64,000 nt of DNA, taken from the NCBI GenBank assembly GCA_973895155.1, contig OZ316895.1, positions 8,668,184 through 8,732,183 on the forward strand, written 5' to 3'. Positions 1 through 13,504 of the stretch are shown piece after piece (the first letter of the stretch is position 1; each line of letters begins with the position of its first letter). Origin of the DNA: Marsupella aquatica. Lineage: Eukaryota > Plantae > Marchantiophyta. Both the position numbers and the translations under genes were made by a program. The notes under the pieces were generated by a model that had not been told where the DNA came from, did not search any database, and saw only the letters and a list, made by a program, of their open reading frames with translations.

Positions 1-199
1 GGAGTTGTCACAGAAATCAAAGTCAAGAGTGAACAAAGACCACTCCACAGCCTAGGTAACCAGTAACCATCTCCGAAAGATCAACCTAATACGGCACAAT
101 AAGGACATTGTATATTAAGGGGAAAAGGATCTACTGGTGCATTATAATTGTCAGGCATAAATGGACGACAATCAGGATACAAATCGACCAATTTCTTAC

Positions 200-1095
200 C
201 AAAAGCAAGGCCAGGCGAGCAGCCAGGTGCCGATGGGTTTGTCAAGGCGTGCTAGCTGAGCGTAGGGCCACAAATATTTCGGAATGACCATCCGGGTCCA
301 GATTTTCTCCCCCCTTTCATCGCCACGATGCCTTGCGGCACCGTCGGTCTTACTCCCATCGTCACCATGCTTTTTGGAGACCGAAGGAATCCTTTCTCTC
401 GAAGTGGAATAAAAACGGCTTCGGACACAGCCATGCAACGGGAGGATACGTTCATATGGATGAGCACCACCGAAAGATGTCAATAGATACTCAGTTGATG
501 CAATAAATGGACCAGAGATGGAGATGACAATTCTCTCGCTTTTGAGTTTAGTTAAAATTGGTGAGGGATTCAAACTTTGAGAAAAAGGCAGATTAATTGT
601 TTCGCAGCTCCACCCAACTTCCTCATGATGGTCGCTGGAATGACATCCAATCTGCATCCTCGATGTTGGGCTGCATCCTAGTGGCGGGCATGATTGTGCT
701 AAGAAATGTGGAGGGGAGGATGCGTCTTTCAAGGGGTTCAAACCTGGACTAGCACGGTCTCTGCAGAGACCAATCTCGGAAGGAACCCCCTTAACACGAG
801 CTCCAGAGTGCCCATATGCCGGAGGATCTTCTGCAAGGGTGCGCTGGACCCACTGTTGACAAACACTAATCCTTTCATATTTCCTACAGTCCCTTGGGCC
901 AGCATTGTAACCTGTTCTCCACACAACCTGTCCGGCAGCAGAATCGACCCCAACAGCTCTCCCGACTCCAAAACTTCCAGAAAGTCCAGATACTCCAGAG
1001 ATTTCAGAAACGAAACCTGTTGTTGTTGATGATGAGGAATTCTTCCCAGCTGCTGTAGCAGCTCGTCCAATGAACGACAAAAGACGAGCACGCAT
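200..1095 (-). CDS. COQ2: 4-hydroxybenzoate polyprenyltransferase (COQ2/PPT1, UbiA family), first coding exon; gene continues beyond the left edge
   Basis: ATG at 1095 (MRARLLSFIGRAATAAG, mitochondrial-transit-like). Ends in the hallmark PYAQLARLDKPIGTWLLAWPCFW motif, followed by a TG|GTAAG donor at 199. Confidence 0.85.
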
Positions 1096-1261
1096 TTTGC
1101 ATGACTCCGATCCAGTCACCCCGACCTAAACCCTCGAGGCTCAACGAGGATGGAGAGAGAAGGCAATATCACACCTCGAGAGAAGAGCTTTTCAGGAAAG
1201 CATTTTGTCCTTGGTGCTGCAATGCACTAGAGTCGTGGTAGTACCTAATCCCCAAGACCAT

Positions 1262-2065
1262 CAAGTAGCAAGGGATGCGCATTCCCTTGCACGTGATTTG
1301 ATTGCAGTGCTTAAACCTCAACAAGATGAATAAACCCTTGGTCGAAAGCCTGGATGATTTACTTCAAGCGGTAGATGAAGGGCAGAAAACCATGAATCCA
1401 AAATAGATTTGAAGAAACAGACCGTCAGGTAGCTAGAGATGAGCATTCTCTTGCAGGTGATTTGATTGCAGTCCTCAAACCTCAACAAGATAAATACACC
1501 CTTGGTCGAAAGCCTGGATAATTTACATCAAGCGATAGATGAAGGGCGGAAAACCATGAATCCAAAATAGATTTGAAGAAACAGACCCTCAAGAAGCTAG
1601 GGATGAGCATTCTCTTCAAGGTGATTTGATTGCAGTGCTTAAACCTCAACAGGATGGATGAACCATTGGTCGAAAGCCTGGATGATTTACTTCAAGCGGT
1701 AGATGAAGGGCAGAAACCACGAATCCAAAATAGATTTGAAGAAACAGACCGTCAGGAAGGTAGGGATGAGCTTTCTCTTGAAGGTGATTTGATTGCAGTG
1801 CTTAAACCTCAACAACATGGATGAACCCTGGGTCGAAAGCCTGTATGATTTTGTTCAAGCCATAGATGAAGGGCAGAAAACCATGACTCCAAATTAAATT
1901 TGAAGAAACAGACCGTCAAGTAGCTCGGGACGAGCATTCTCTTGAAGGTGATTGATTGCAGTGCTGAACCTCAACAACATGGATGAACCCTTGGTCGAAA
2001 GCCTGCATGATTTACTTCAAACGATAGATCAAAGGGTAGAAAAGCAAATCCAAAATGGATTGGAA
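1262..2065. repeat. ~164-bp tandem repeat, ~4.8 copies, directly upstream of COQ2
   Basis: Anchor GTGATTTGATTGCAGT recurs at 1293, 1457, 1621, 1784 and 1948 (spacing 163-164), with shared GGTCGAAAGCCTG and GAAGAAACAGACC blocks. Confidence 0.95.
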
Positions 2066-3614
2066 AGAAACTAAGGGTGGCTTTACAAGACCTCCTGGCC
2101 CATTGTCTTCTTTTATTCCCCTTGCGATTAAAACTGGACCCCATGTAATGGATGAGCTGCAGTTGGATTACTAGAACTCGGGCCATTCAAGTAGGGTGTC
2201 TACGAATCCTACAAGGCAAGAAGTGGGCCCAAGTACAAATTGGTGTAGAGTGCTTGTTTTAACTAGGATTTTCAGCCATCTGTTCATTTAAAAGGTTATT
2301 TAGCCTGAACATCTGAAGGCCCAGACTTGGTACCCGGACTTTTGTGTAGAATTTTGAATCACCTATTTACTTTGTATAGAATATTAGACCAGCTGGAGAG
2401 GAGATCCAAACGTTTGCAAACTTGGGCTCGTTCAATTTTGAAGTTCATTTCAAAGGCTAGCCTGAATATCTAAGGGCTCCTGTACCCAAACTCCCCATGC
2501 CAGTCTCAATCACAAACATAGTCTTAATATCAAATTTTTTTTCCTTCCAGAGATTTTATGGAGCTTCACTTCTGAACAGCAGCTGGTAGTAACACAGGTT
2601 ACCCTGAGACACAGGTTCTAGTTCTGAGATCCTACCAGAATGACTTCACTTCAGTCAGTCATTCAAGAAGAATGAAGTACTCTTCCAAATAAAAGACTGT
2701 GCCCAACTTAAACCAATGTAAGTTGTACTTTGGGCAACTGAAGAAAGGATGTGTGTAGTAACCCATGGCCTCAAGGGGAATATAGGATGGAATTAGTTCC
2801 AGGACCCTTGGTTATTTAAGTTGATGTTATTCAACAACTAAGTTAGAGCACATGGAAAATTGCATACCGAATAGCTTTGAATATGAAGATGAGGGAAAAA
2901 AGAGAGTAGATGTTTCATGGTAGTAGTCCATGCACAACGTTCACTTGGTACACCTATGTACATAGAGGCCATGCAAAATGTGTTGTTGAAGTCGAAGGGT
3001 TTCTTACATTCTTTTGGTATTCTTTTATCCATAGTAGTTGAAGGGTTTCTTATGTTCCCTTGGTGTTCTTTTGTCCATAGTAGCCAAATGGTTTCTGATG
3101 CTACCTTGGTATATGTTACAGTAGTTGAAGAGTTTCTTTCTACCCATGGTTATTCCAAAATTCGTTGACTAAATAGAAGACTCATACAATCTACTGGAAA
3201 ACACTGATATATCAATCATGATCCATCCAAAGGTTATTTTCTTTTCACCCCTTTCTTTGTTTATTTGAAAAGTTACTTCGTTTTCAGTTTTCCATCGTTT
3301 GTACAATTACAAAGTCTAACTGTTTTTTTCACTTGTCTCAAACACACCTAGTATTGTTTGACATTTTTTGTATAACTAACTCTTCTTGTGTGTGACCAAT
3401 AGTGTTGATGTGGCAGCACGTGCTTCTAGGGATTTTGGAAGGAGCTTCCCATGGGGTCAGTAATCATCACTCCTTAATCATCTAGACCTCCCTTGCTCAA
3501 CACTAATTCCATTTCAGTCAATTTTTACTTATATTTTATAGGTGATGGGGCACAAAATGTATCCAAAAAACCTATGGCAAACACCAATAGGGCGCAAAGA
3601 ACACAAATCCGATG

Positions 3615-4320
3615 AGTCTAGAACTGTCAGACAATGTGGTCCATCGGAGCATCAACATGCACCTGTGAATATAGGTGCTCCGACTGATGGAAAGCTGCTG
3701 TGATCCTGTTCCCCTTATGGTACAACAGAAAGGGAATATGGTCAATGGTTAAATTTGGCCACGATTAAATTGAGCTGATCCAGACCTGCAGTTCACTTTA
3801 GCCAAGCATGGGTCTGCCATATCATTTGACAAACAAGTCAGATGGGCCATTTTTCAACATTGCTCAAAACTCAAATATATAGTTTCTTTCTTTTGTAAGA
3901 CTTTTGGGTCTCAAAACCCGTTGGGTCTATCCGAGTTGCACTGTCAGACAATGTGATCAATCCGAGCATCAACATGCACCACCACATATAGGTGCTCCAC
4001 TGACCAAAGTTGTGGCGATATCTTTCCCTTTCCCTGACTGGACTAGGGGATGGTCTGTAGTTAAATTTGGCCATTATTAAATTGAACTGATTCAGATCTG
4101 CAGGGAAAGTTAGCCAAACATGGGTCTGAGTAAAATAGGCTCTTGGAAGCATCATAACTTTTGACAAAAAACTCATGGGCCATGTTTAGACTTGCTTTGA
4201 ACGCAAATAGGATCTTTCATTTGTGTATATAGTGACCCTTTTGGGTCCCAAAAGCTCCTGGTCCATCCAAGTTGCACTGTCAGACAGTATGGTCTCCAGG
4301 GATCCACTTGCACATGCACA
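3615..4320. repeat. Degenerate ~320-335-bp tandem repeat (2 copies plus a partial)
   Basis: ACTGTCAGACA(A/G)T recurs near 3623, 3940 and 4275. GAGCATCAACATGCACC and GTTAAATTTGGCCA..ATTAAATTGA.CTGAT are shared by the first two copies. Confidence 0.7.
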
Positions 4321-4680
4321 CATACATAGATGATTGAAAGTGTAAAGTAGGCTTACGTTTTTGTGCTGGTTAATAAGTGTATACACTGATAAGTAAATGT
4401 TTTTCGTCAGAATGCTAAGGCCACTCCCTACTGTAGAATATGCAATTTTTGTCACAAAAATTTCCCAACAAAATACTTAGCATATTCAAGGTTCACAAAC
4501 ATGACCAAAAATTTCATCCTACAAACGAAAATTTCTGATATCTGACCCTACTTTAATGTAACCTTTGGTGATGCTTTTTCATTTACAGTACCGGATAGGA
4601 GTAGGGGCAGTGCGGCCCCAATGTCAGGTGCACACTCAAAGGCAAAGATGATGGAATGTAGTCCATGACCTACCTACACA

Positions 4681-5460
4681 GCATGGTAGCAATAATAGGG
4701 GGTCTCAAACCCCAAGATTTGATTGCGACCTTTACTTAGTAGTTATGGTTATCTACAAAAAAAGTTATGGACTCCAAAATTCATAATCCATAACGTTTTG
4801 CCATAAAGATTGTTCATATGTCAAGTCCATAAGTCACCAAAGAGTCCAGTGGAAAAAAAAGGAAAAGTAGACTTTTACACAACCCTTTGAAAAATGCTAT
4901 TTGTTCAGAAGGCAGGGACACCCACTTTAGTTAGTAACGGACCGACACCACATGGTAGCCATAATTAGGGGATCTCAAACCTTAAGATTCAATTAACCTT
5001 ACCTTACCAGATAAGGTGAACTACAGAAAATGTTATGGACTCCCAAGTTCATAATCCATAACTTCTTGCCATAAAAATGTGTCATATGCCAGAGGCAAGT
5101 GGGGGGAAAACAAAACAAAACTTTGACACAACCCCTGTGAAAAGGGCCATCATTTTGTTCATTTGAAAAAGGCCATTAATTTGTTCATGGCCAAAAGCCC
5201 TCATATGAAAAAGGCCATTAATTTGTTCATGGCCAAAAGCCATCATCCTGCTTTGAAACTCTGAGAGGCCTTAATGAGGGCCCTCATGTGAAAAAGGCAA
5301 ATGGCCATTAATTTGGCCAAAAGCCATCATTCTGCTTTAAAGCTTTGTGAGACACCCTATTGAGCGCCCTCATGTGAGAAAGGCAAACAGGCCATTAAAT
5401 TTGTTCATGGCCAATTCTGCTTTGAAGCTATGAGAGACACCCTATTATTGAGCCAACAAA
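4681..5460. repeat. Composite repeat: ~269-bp duplication followed by GGCCATTAATTTGTTCATGGCCAA iterations
   Basis: CATGGTAGC.ATAAT.AGGG at 4682 and 4951, each followed by GTTATGGACTCC...TTCATAATCCATAAC. Iterated GGCCATTAATTTG units at 5140-5460. Confidence 0.75.
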
Positions 5461-5519
5461 AGCCCGCCCCCACATCTTCCTCTCCTTTCCCTTCCTCGCC
5501 GATTGTGTCGTCCCGCTCG

Positions 5520-5695
5520 AGAGAAAGGAATTCGAGAGAGACGAGAGAGAGACGAGAGAGAGACGAGAGAGAGAGAGACGAGAGCAGTGCACAAATCCGT
5601 GCAATCAATCCATACAATACAAGTTTCTGACTGCAATCAATCCATACAATACAAGTTTCTGACTGCAATCAATCCATAGGATACAAGTTTCTGAG
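5520..5695. repeat. GA-rich microsatellite plus ~32-bp tandem repeat x3
   Basis: (GA)n/GACGA tract at 5520-5583. GCAATCAATCCATACAATACAAGTTTCTGACT occurs three times, the third slightly altered, at about 5601-5693. Confidence 0.85.
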
Positions 5696-6131
5696 TGACG
5701 AAAGTGAACACCAGGCAACGAATCTGGTTATGACCATCACCGCTCGTTTTTCCCTTTCTTCAGTTTTTCCTTCCCTCCTTCCTTCCTGTGTTGGGTTGGT
5801 GTACAGCAACTTCTTTCGTGTTCGATTACTTCTCTTCCTTTTCTCGTTTCTTTCTTCTGCATTCGCGGTGGAGCTCGGCATTTGAATTAGGGGGTAGGGG
5901 TAGGAGGCCGGGCACATGTTGAGCGGAAGACGCCGGAAGGGTGGCCGACGCTCGGCAGCTGCTGCTTTTGTTGTTTGTGTTGCTACATGATTGGGGCCGG
6001 GTGGACTGACGTAGCGTGGAATAATCGATCGCGCTCCCACGGTTTGGAGGAGTGGCTGTGAGAGGTGTCTCTCGTTGTGTGAGTAGGAGGGTAGGCTTGG
6101 AGTAAGAGGGCTCGTAGAGGTGCTGTTGGGG

Positions 6132-9100
6132 ATGGAAGCCAAGGTCGACGATGAGCAGGAGAAAATTCAGCAGTTTGTGGAGATTACGGGGGAATCAGCC
6201 CAGCAGGCACGGCAGATTTTAGAGGTCCGACGCTTTTTTGCTTTCTTGTTTGCCTTCTGGCTGTACCATCGCCACTGTCTGACTGAAATAGGCGGATATC
6301 TGCAGCTGAGCTTCTGTTGAGAGCTGAACTCTGGAGAACATTGCTGGAATCCTGTCAAGCCTTTGGTTGAAACAGCACTTTGTTTTAGGACTTTGTAAAC
6401 CTGCACAACTAAAGCGGAAGCTCGTGTCAGAATTATTGACTTCCAGAGACCAATTGTCGGTTTTGAATATGCAGTCTTTTCTGAAGTTTTGCGAGTCCAA
6501 GCATTCTTTCCTCATGAAATACACGTAAACTTGACAGTGAAGTTGACTAGTGGCTGAATGGCATTGTGGGTATTCACGAGGGAAGCAGTTCTTGGTCTAT
6601 TTGATTGTTTTCATCGTCTTGGTGTCCTAAGACCTAACCAGGTGTAACCGGTATGGATTTTTCTATCAGTGTCGGTTTATGGGGTCATTATATTGCTTTT
6701 GAGGCTAAAGTGTTCTTGCATGGGCGTGTGCAGGCTACTAGCTGGGATCTAGAGGAGGCAATTCAATTGTACTATGCTGGAGGCGTTGATTTAGGAGCTG
6801 TGAACCCTCCGCCCCCTGCCTCAGTACCGTCTTCTTCCGCATCCGCGCCGCCACCTCTACCTGCTGTGTCAGCTGTGCCTGCTGTCCGGGCTGAGAGGTG
6901 CTCCTTTACGATGCCCGTTCAGAATCTGTATTTTTGGTGAAGGATTAAATCACCAGCAATTCTTGTTAAACGTCTTGAAAAACCCCAACACACTTGTGTA
7001 GGAGGATGGCGGCAATCCAAGAACCCTAGACAAGGATAAAACCGATTCAAGTCAGTACCAGCACGGTCGAAAGCATTCAGCTTTCTCTAACTTGTGGAAG
7101 AAATGTATAAGTTCTTTAAAAGTCGACCCTCGTTTGACAATTTGAATACCATCACAGTGACTCTACTTTTGAATGACGCTGTCTTCATAGTAGTGAATTA
7201 AAGTGGGTTTTCAGTTCTACCTGCATGACTAGGTTCGGCGTGAGCTGCTTATGTGCATAGTCGTGGCAAGAGTGGAGGATATTGGATATCTGATTATCTT
7301 CGTTGTTTTGCAGTCCATTACCATTGGAACCTGTTGGAGAAACATATGTTCGACCCCCTTTGCCTGTGAAAAGGGAGGTGCTTTATGAAGATATTTTCCA
7401 GTATAGGTGAGTTCTTTAATGTTTGAGGCCTAAATCTGGTGTATGCCCTTTTGTTTCAAGGTCTTTTCAATTTATTATACTAAACGTAGCCCATTACATC
7501 CGTTAAATTCAATTCATTTTATTATGTGCAGGGCTCATCGGATGGCACAAACTCCAAGTCAACCCACCTCTGTGGATGCTTTTCGTAACTTTGAGGATGA
7601 AGCAAATCAGCGTGCCGCCAATTGGGGTCCCGTGGAGCCCAGCAACAGTTCAAGCTCCGGATTGGGAGGCCTGAAGGACTCTTTAGCAGCACTCTACCGA
7701 CCTCCATTTGTACTGATGTTTCAGGGCACTTTTGAGCAGGTATTTTGTGCCTCTGTGGATTTGATTACTAGTTCTTATTCAATTAGTTTGAATTAGGGCA
7801 AGAATCGTGGCAATTATTGCGATTTTAAGGAGCTTTTACTGAAAAGCGGCTCTGGCAGGCTAAAGCAGAGGCCGCAAAGCAAGGCAAGTGGTTGCTTGTA
7901 AATCTGCAGTCTACAAAGGAATTTTCTAGCTATACGGTGAGCTGTTGTGCATACTTATGCAATTAACGTGTTACAACTTCCGGTGCCCATAAATCTCTAG
8001 AATAATACTGAAGAGTTGCAATCATCGTAGGCATATAATTTATTCTCCCCTTGTCCTTTACGGTGTTGTTCAAACCCTTATTGCACTTAATGCACCCATT
8101 TGATATTGTTTGTTGCTGCTACTTCAGTGTATTTTGGATTCAAGATGGTTTACTGTTTAGGTGGTAACCCTGCAGATAAAACTCCTTAATACTTCATAGT
8201 TTTCTAGACCCAAACTTCAAGATCAATGGAAAATTCCACCTCCTGTCGCATTGAAACTTGGTGGTCTGTGTCGGAGACGCTGTGCCGGTTAGTAGACGGG
8301 AGGAAGGGTAATTCAGATATTGACAGCACGGAATGATCTTTGATTGTGGTCATGGGTTGACTGTTGTGGCAGCTCAATAGAGATACCTGGGCACATGAAG
8401 CAGTGAAGGAGACTGTCAGCATGTCGTTCGTATTCTGGCAGGTTGGGTTCAAGTACTAAACACTTCCTTGCTCCAATGTTGTGTGTATTCTGATGCAAGA
8501 TCCTTTCGTATGCAGACTCAAGGAAGCAACTCCCATCCGAAGTCTCGCTATTGGTGGAATGAGCGTATTTTATTTCCTTGGTTTTTGCTGACTCTTCATT
8601 CGTCTGAGTGCATTGCGTTTAATCGTAGTCATAAGTGCCAAGGTTGGCTTGAGTGTCAATTCAATATTTAGAGTTTCAAGTCTGGTATGATTGAAGTCAC
8701 GGGGACTTCGTATAACGACATATGCTCTAAGTGAAGGGCGTCTACAATGTTTGTTATACTGGGTTAGTTTAGGTTAAGAGAGCTGACCGCTGAATCTTCC
8801 TGGGAGCTTGGCATGACCCGGTTAAGATTTTCCTCTTTTGGCTGCAGGTCTATGATGACACAGAGGAGGGTCGTAAAGTTTGTACATACTATAAGTTAAT
8901 TGCAATGCCGACCACATTAGTTCTGGACCCGCTTACGGGGCAGAAGATGAGGTCTTGGGAAGGCATGATATCACCTGACAGATTGTTGGAGGTATGGATC
9001 AGCTTCTTTCTCCTGGTCGAAACGTACGGTTTGCAATGTACGAAGTTCTGAGCCACTGTCTATCGTGGAAAAGTGACAGCTGGTTTTGTTTGTGCAGGAC

Positions 9101-10229
9101 CTTGTTCCCTACTTGGATAGGGGTCCAATGGAAAGGCAACCTCCTCACATTCCCCCTCAAAAACGTCCGCGTGAGGCGGCCAGCAAAGCAGTAGAAGCCC
9201 CAAAAGGTAACTATGCACAACTTGGTGTAAGTGGAGTCATAGTTGAACTGCATCATATGCAATACTGCCATCAGCAAGGGAATCTCTGGAAAAGGACCTG
9301 ATTTGCTGTATTGGTGTACCTGCTATGTGACGTTTTTAGTAAGTCTTGCTTCGCAAAATGTGCAGCTATGAGTGATTTCGAAAGCTATACGTCAGACACT
9401 TGTCTGGGTTTTGTGCATTGATCTCTCCACGTGCTTTGTACTCCATTTATGAAATTTCATGTTGACCAAGGGCATCATTAAGCGGTATAAGTTCGAATTG
9501 CAGAGGTGGAGCAACCTGACCCAGATGAAGAAGAGGAACTTAATCGGGCATTGGCAGCTTCCTTGGAAGGTATCAGTCCCTCTGTAGCTGATGCGAATGA
9601 CTCCAACAGTCAATCCAACGAGCAAACGAAGGCAGCAGTGGAGGAAATTCAAGAATTGCCTCAGCCAGCACCTGCCAAACGCAGAGAATTTCCAACTCTG
9701 CCGGAGGAGCCAGCAGTTGGCTCTCCATCTTGTAGAGTTGCTGTTCGCTTTCCAGATGGCAGAAGGGCTCAGCGAAGATTTTTACAATCAGATCCTATCC
9801 AGGTGGGCCGTTTGGTCTTAATCTTCCATTGATTCTTCCATTCTCTCTGTATATGTGGCCGTGGCACTCTCCTTGGTCACTTGATAAGTCTTTGATGTAC
9901 ATCTTTGTCTAAGGCAATGACGCTGTCCGTCATGCACACCGGTAGCTTATTGTTTCCAGGGATGACTAGAGCTATGACGCCATGCCCTTTTCATTGTAAG
10001 TTTTACGAAGTGAAAAGTTTCAGCTCTGACTTGAGTATCTTGCTGTCATTCTGGTCTGTTACAGTACCTATGGTCCTTTTCGTCCTCCCACGTGCCAGAG
10101 GCTGCTGAGGGACGATCATTCAAACTAACTCAGGCTATCCCTGGGGCAACTGCGCTCGACTTTGATTCAACGACCACAATACAAGAGGCTGGTCTAGGCA
10201 ATTCTATGCTTGCTATGGCTTGGGATTGA
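6132..10229 (+). CDS. PUX7: Plant UBX-domain protein, UBA-like/UAS/UIM/UBX (PUX7/UBXN7 type), CDC48/p97 adaptor; 10 exons, ~473 aa
   Basis: GT-AG exons 6132-6224, 6734-6897, 7314-7406, 7532-7739, 7859-7936, 8373-8441, 8848-8991, 9098-9206, 9504-9802, 10065-10229 (sum 1422 nt, in frame). Motifs: IQQFVEITG..WDLEEAIQLYY, LAALYRPP, KWLLVNLQ, LNRDTW, DPLTGQKM, EEEELNRALAASLE (UIM), VRFPDGRRAQRRF (UBX). Confidence 0.92.
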
Positions 10230-11694
10230 GTTTCATCATCTACTTCGTAGGTCTTCCATTATTTTTTTACCACCACCTCTTTGATGAAGACTCTTATATC
10301 CTTCAACATTGGGGAGTCACAATTTAGCCAATCCTATCGAGCTAATCACGATGGTTGATGCGAACTGGGTTGGCTTTGTTTTGTGTATTGTCCAGATTAG
10401 AAAGTCTTGCGGGTCCGGGAATCTGAGGTTGCATACGTTGGTTTTTGTTGCCCTGAAGGTGATGGTGAATGTGTCCTTGATTCAATCAGGAATGTGATGA
10501 GATTTGCACTTTCTACTAGTGCATGCTTCAAGCCAGCAGATTGTAGCTGTATATATGTTCCATATCATTTTGTGGGACTGAAGTTCTATTGGGCAATTTT
10601 CCAAGCAGTGGTCATATTTGCACCACTGGCTGTCACCTGTGAAGTGACTTACCAGCAAGGAAGCAATAAAGGCTGACGATTGTACATGATTGACGAATAG
10701 CTTCCAACGCACGGAAGGAATCAGATTGGAAATGTAGTTAGTCTGGATGCTTGATTCATTCGATGTTTATCACAGGTGGCAAGTCGTGTGCTCCACTCTA
10801 TAAGTTACATTTCTTGCTGTTTAATAAATGTATTTGCAATGAAGTTCTAGTTAGTTTTGTTGCTCGAGAATTTCTTGAGCATCGATATTGTGCGGGTGCA
10901 AATCGAAAAGATCGGAGGCTTCTATTTGATGACGATGGTTGCTGTATAACCAAGGAATAGGTGGTGTTTATTGCAACATTGGGGGTATCATAAGACCAGA
11001 ATGAAAAGAAGGATTTGAGTTTTGTAGACTTGAGTAGGATGGAGGTCCCTGCTTGTCTCCACTACAATTTTACTTGCTCTTTCAGGTGAGTATTTCCATG
11101 TCGATGTTAGTCCATGCATTGAATTTGTTCCGTACCGTGATAATTGATAATGAACTAAACTCATTCCTGGTAACTGAGGAATCCAAATGAACAAGTGTTC
11201 CGGTCTGTTGATCCACCAGACTGGAAAAGGTATGAGCGTTGCCCCCTCCCATCTTCATCAAATTGAATCTCAATGTCTTGGATTATCCAATTGAATCGAA
11301 ATTGTAGCTAGTATTTTGATCTGTGCCAAGCTGTGGAAAGTTTCATCTTAGATGTCATTTAGAGCTCTAAACTCCTACAGTAAACTACTCCCAATTTTGA
11401 CTCGGCTTGTGCTTGGCTTTGATGGAAATTGATTGGACAGAGCGGAGACGTCATGTGAAGGAAATTTCACTTTCTGTCACGAAGTGCCGATACTTTCTCA
11501 GTATTTTTGGAGTTTGATCATAGTTTACCTGTACACGAACACATTAGATCTTCTGGATCCGGGTTCACAGTAATTCTGGTAAATGTTCTCTCGTAGTGTT
11601 TTATCTTTATATTTTTAAATTTCAGGGGAAATCTGTGAAACCGAACAGTCAGTCACACAACATCAGTCACACAACATTTGAACCCAAGCCTATG

Positions 11695-11945
11695 AGTCTC
11701 TACAGCCATGCCTCACTACCACACAGCCATGCCTCTCTGGGCACATAGTGTGATTTCTACTTTGATATGCAGCAGAGTCTGCTGGCTCATCTAATTAGCT
11801 AGAAAATTGGTGTTTGTACTCCTCTCACTACCACACAGCCATGCCACAGCCATGCCTCGCTGGGCTCGTAGTGTGATTTCTACTTTGATAGGCAGCAGAA
11901 TCTGCTGGCTCATCTAATTAGCTAGAAAATTGGTGTTTGTACTAA
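11695..11945. repeat. ~122-bp direct duplication with CACAGCCATGCC sub-repeats
   Basis: CTCACTACCACACAGCCATGCC...TCTGCTGGCTCATCTAATTAGCTAGAAAATTGGTGTTTGTACT is present twice in tandem. Confidence 0.85.
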
Positions 11946-13504
11946 TCAGTAAGTGCAAGAATTCGTGTAAATTGTGCTTTTCAATTTATACACAATTCCA
12001 TGTACCCAACTTACGCTTATCTATATGGCTTTAGGGATTTGTTTTGCGTTTTCTACCTAAAACTAGCCCTGTGCCTAAAAGTTGCACAACACTTGATATC
12101 GAATGAAGTTGAACAGGCGATGAGCATAGATTAGATGGTAAGGCAATCAGCCTTGTGGGGAGATTTGGAAACTGGATATCAAGAAGTTGCAGGGAGAGTG
12201 ATGTTTGTGATTGGAAAATGTGCACAATGGCACCTTTAAATCAATCTCATGATTAGGAAAAATGTCACTTCCAGGGAGAGATTGGAAAATGTACACAATG
12301 ACACCTTGAAATTAATTTCCTTATTAGGAAAAAATGTCACCATAATTGAACAGCTTCTGAAGTTTCTCTCAAAATTACATTTAGTAAGGAAAGCGATGAA
12401 AAGGGAACAAAAAAAGGACTGAAGCTGTTTATTATAGTGTCTAGATTTGTACAATTAATGAAGCGCAAGTAAATCGCAAATCCAATCCTTGTTCCCCCTG
12501 GGATTTCTTGCACTTGAACCACTCAGATGTTTTAATATGTTTTGGACTTTGCACATATGAATGCCCTTTGGACTAACAGGGAGAAACTAAGAAACATCCA
12601 AGTTTTGCCTCAAGCTTCCTAAAGCCTTCTGAAAGTCTAAATTGTGCTTTCCTGGGTAGATGTGCGAATTTGGACAAAACGCACTTCTTACTAAAAATAA
12701 GAAACCAAGTCATACTAGAAATAAGAAACCAACAAAAGTCTGCGTTGTCAGCCTAAACCCGTCTAAAGATATGAGTTATGGTTTCCTGCGTAGATGTGTG
12801 AATGTGCTGAGCTTAATGTCCTTCATACTAAAAATAAATAGAATGCCCTTCATGCAGAAATAAGAAAAAACCTGTGTGCTCTGAAAGCAATCTTGCATGA
12901 AAGCGGCCCTTTTTGAGGCCTTGAGTTCTCCCTAATTTGTTTCAGCTAGGTACTTTTTAGTGGCCTGTCTCATTTTGTCTTTTTTATTTTTATTTCACAG
13001 GTCAGGTTGACATTCCCAGGGCAGCTTGATGATGAGGAAGTTTGAGGCATAAAATCCTTGGTCTGAAAAATGGAAGTCTTGCCCACATGCAAGCTGGGTC
13101 TAAGCCTTCCAAAATCTAAGTTATGCTTCAAGGAGCCTAAGAGCCATCTTGGATGTGGGCGGCACTTGAGTTTCCAGCCCTCAACTGAATATGTGGTATT
13201 TTAACAGTGAGTGAAACTTCTATGCCTCAACCTAGGAAGGCCTGATGACATATGTGGTCAATAACTAAAGGCAACGGTTTAGGGCCCAAAACCTTCAAAA
13301 TTGAACAAGAATAGAACAAGAGAAAGTTCACACATAGCAAATTGATGTGGAGAATCAAAATACACTTTTCCCTACAATTTAGGAGTGCTGTAAAGGAAAG
13401 GCTTCACATGCAAGAGGCCCTAAAGCCTTCTCAAGTGCCCATTTTGACGGGACAGTGAGTGTCAAGGTCGATGACTGCAACACACGATGTAATTCTTGTA
13501 CAGA

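Noticed and set aside
5669-6142. 157-aa antisense ORF head-to-head with PUX7
   Set aside because: Non-ATG start, low complexity, mirrors the CT/GA-rich 5'UTR and promoter; no recognisable domain.
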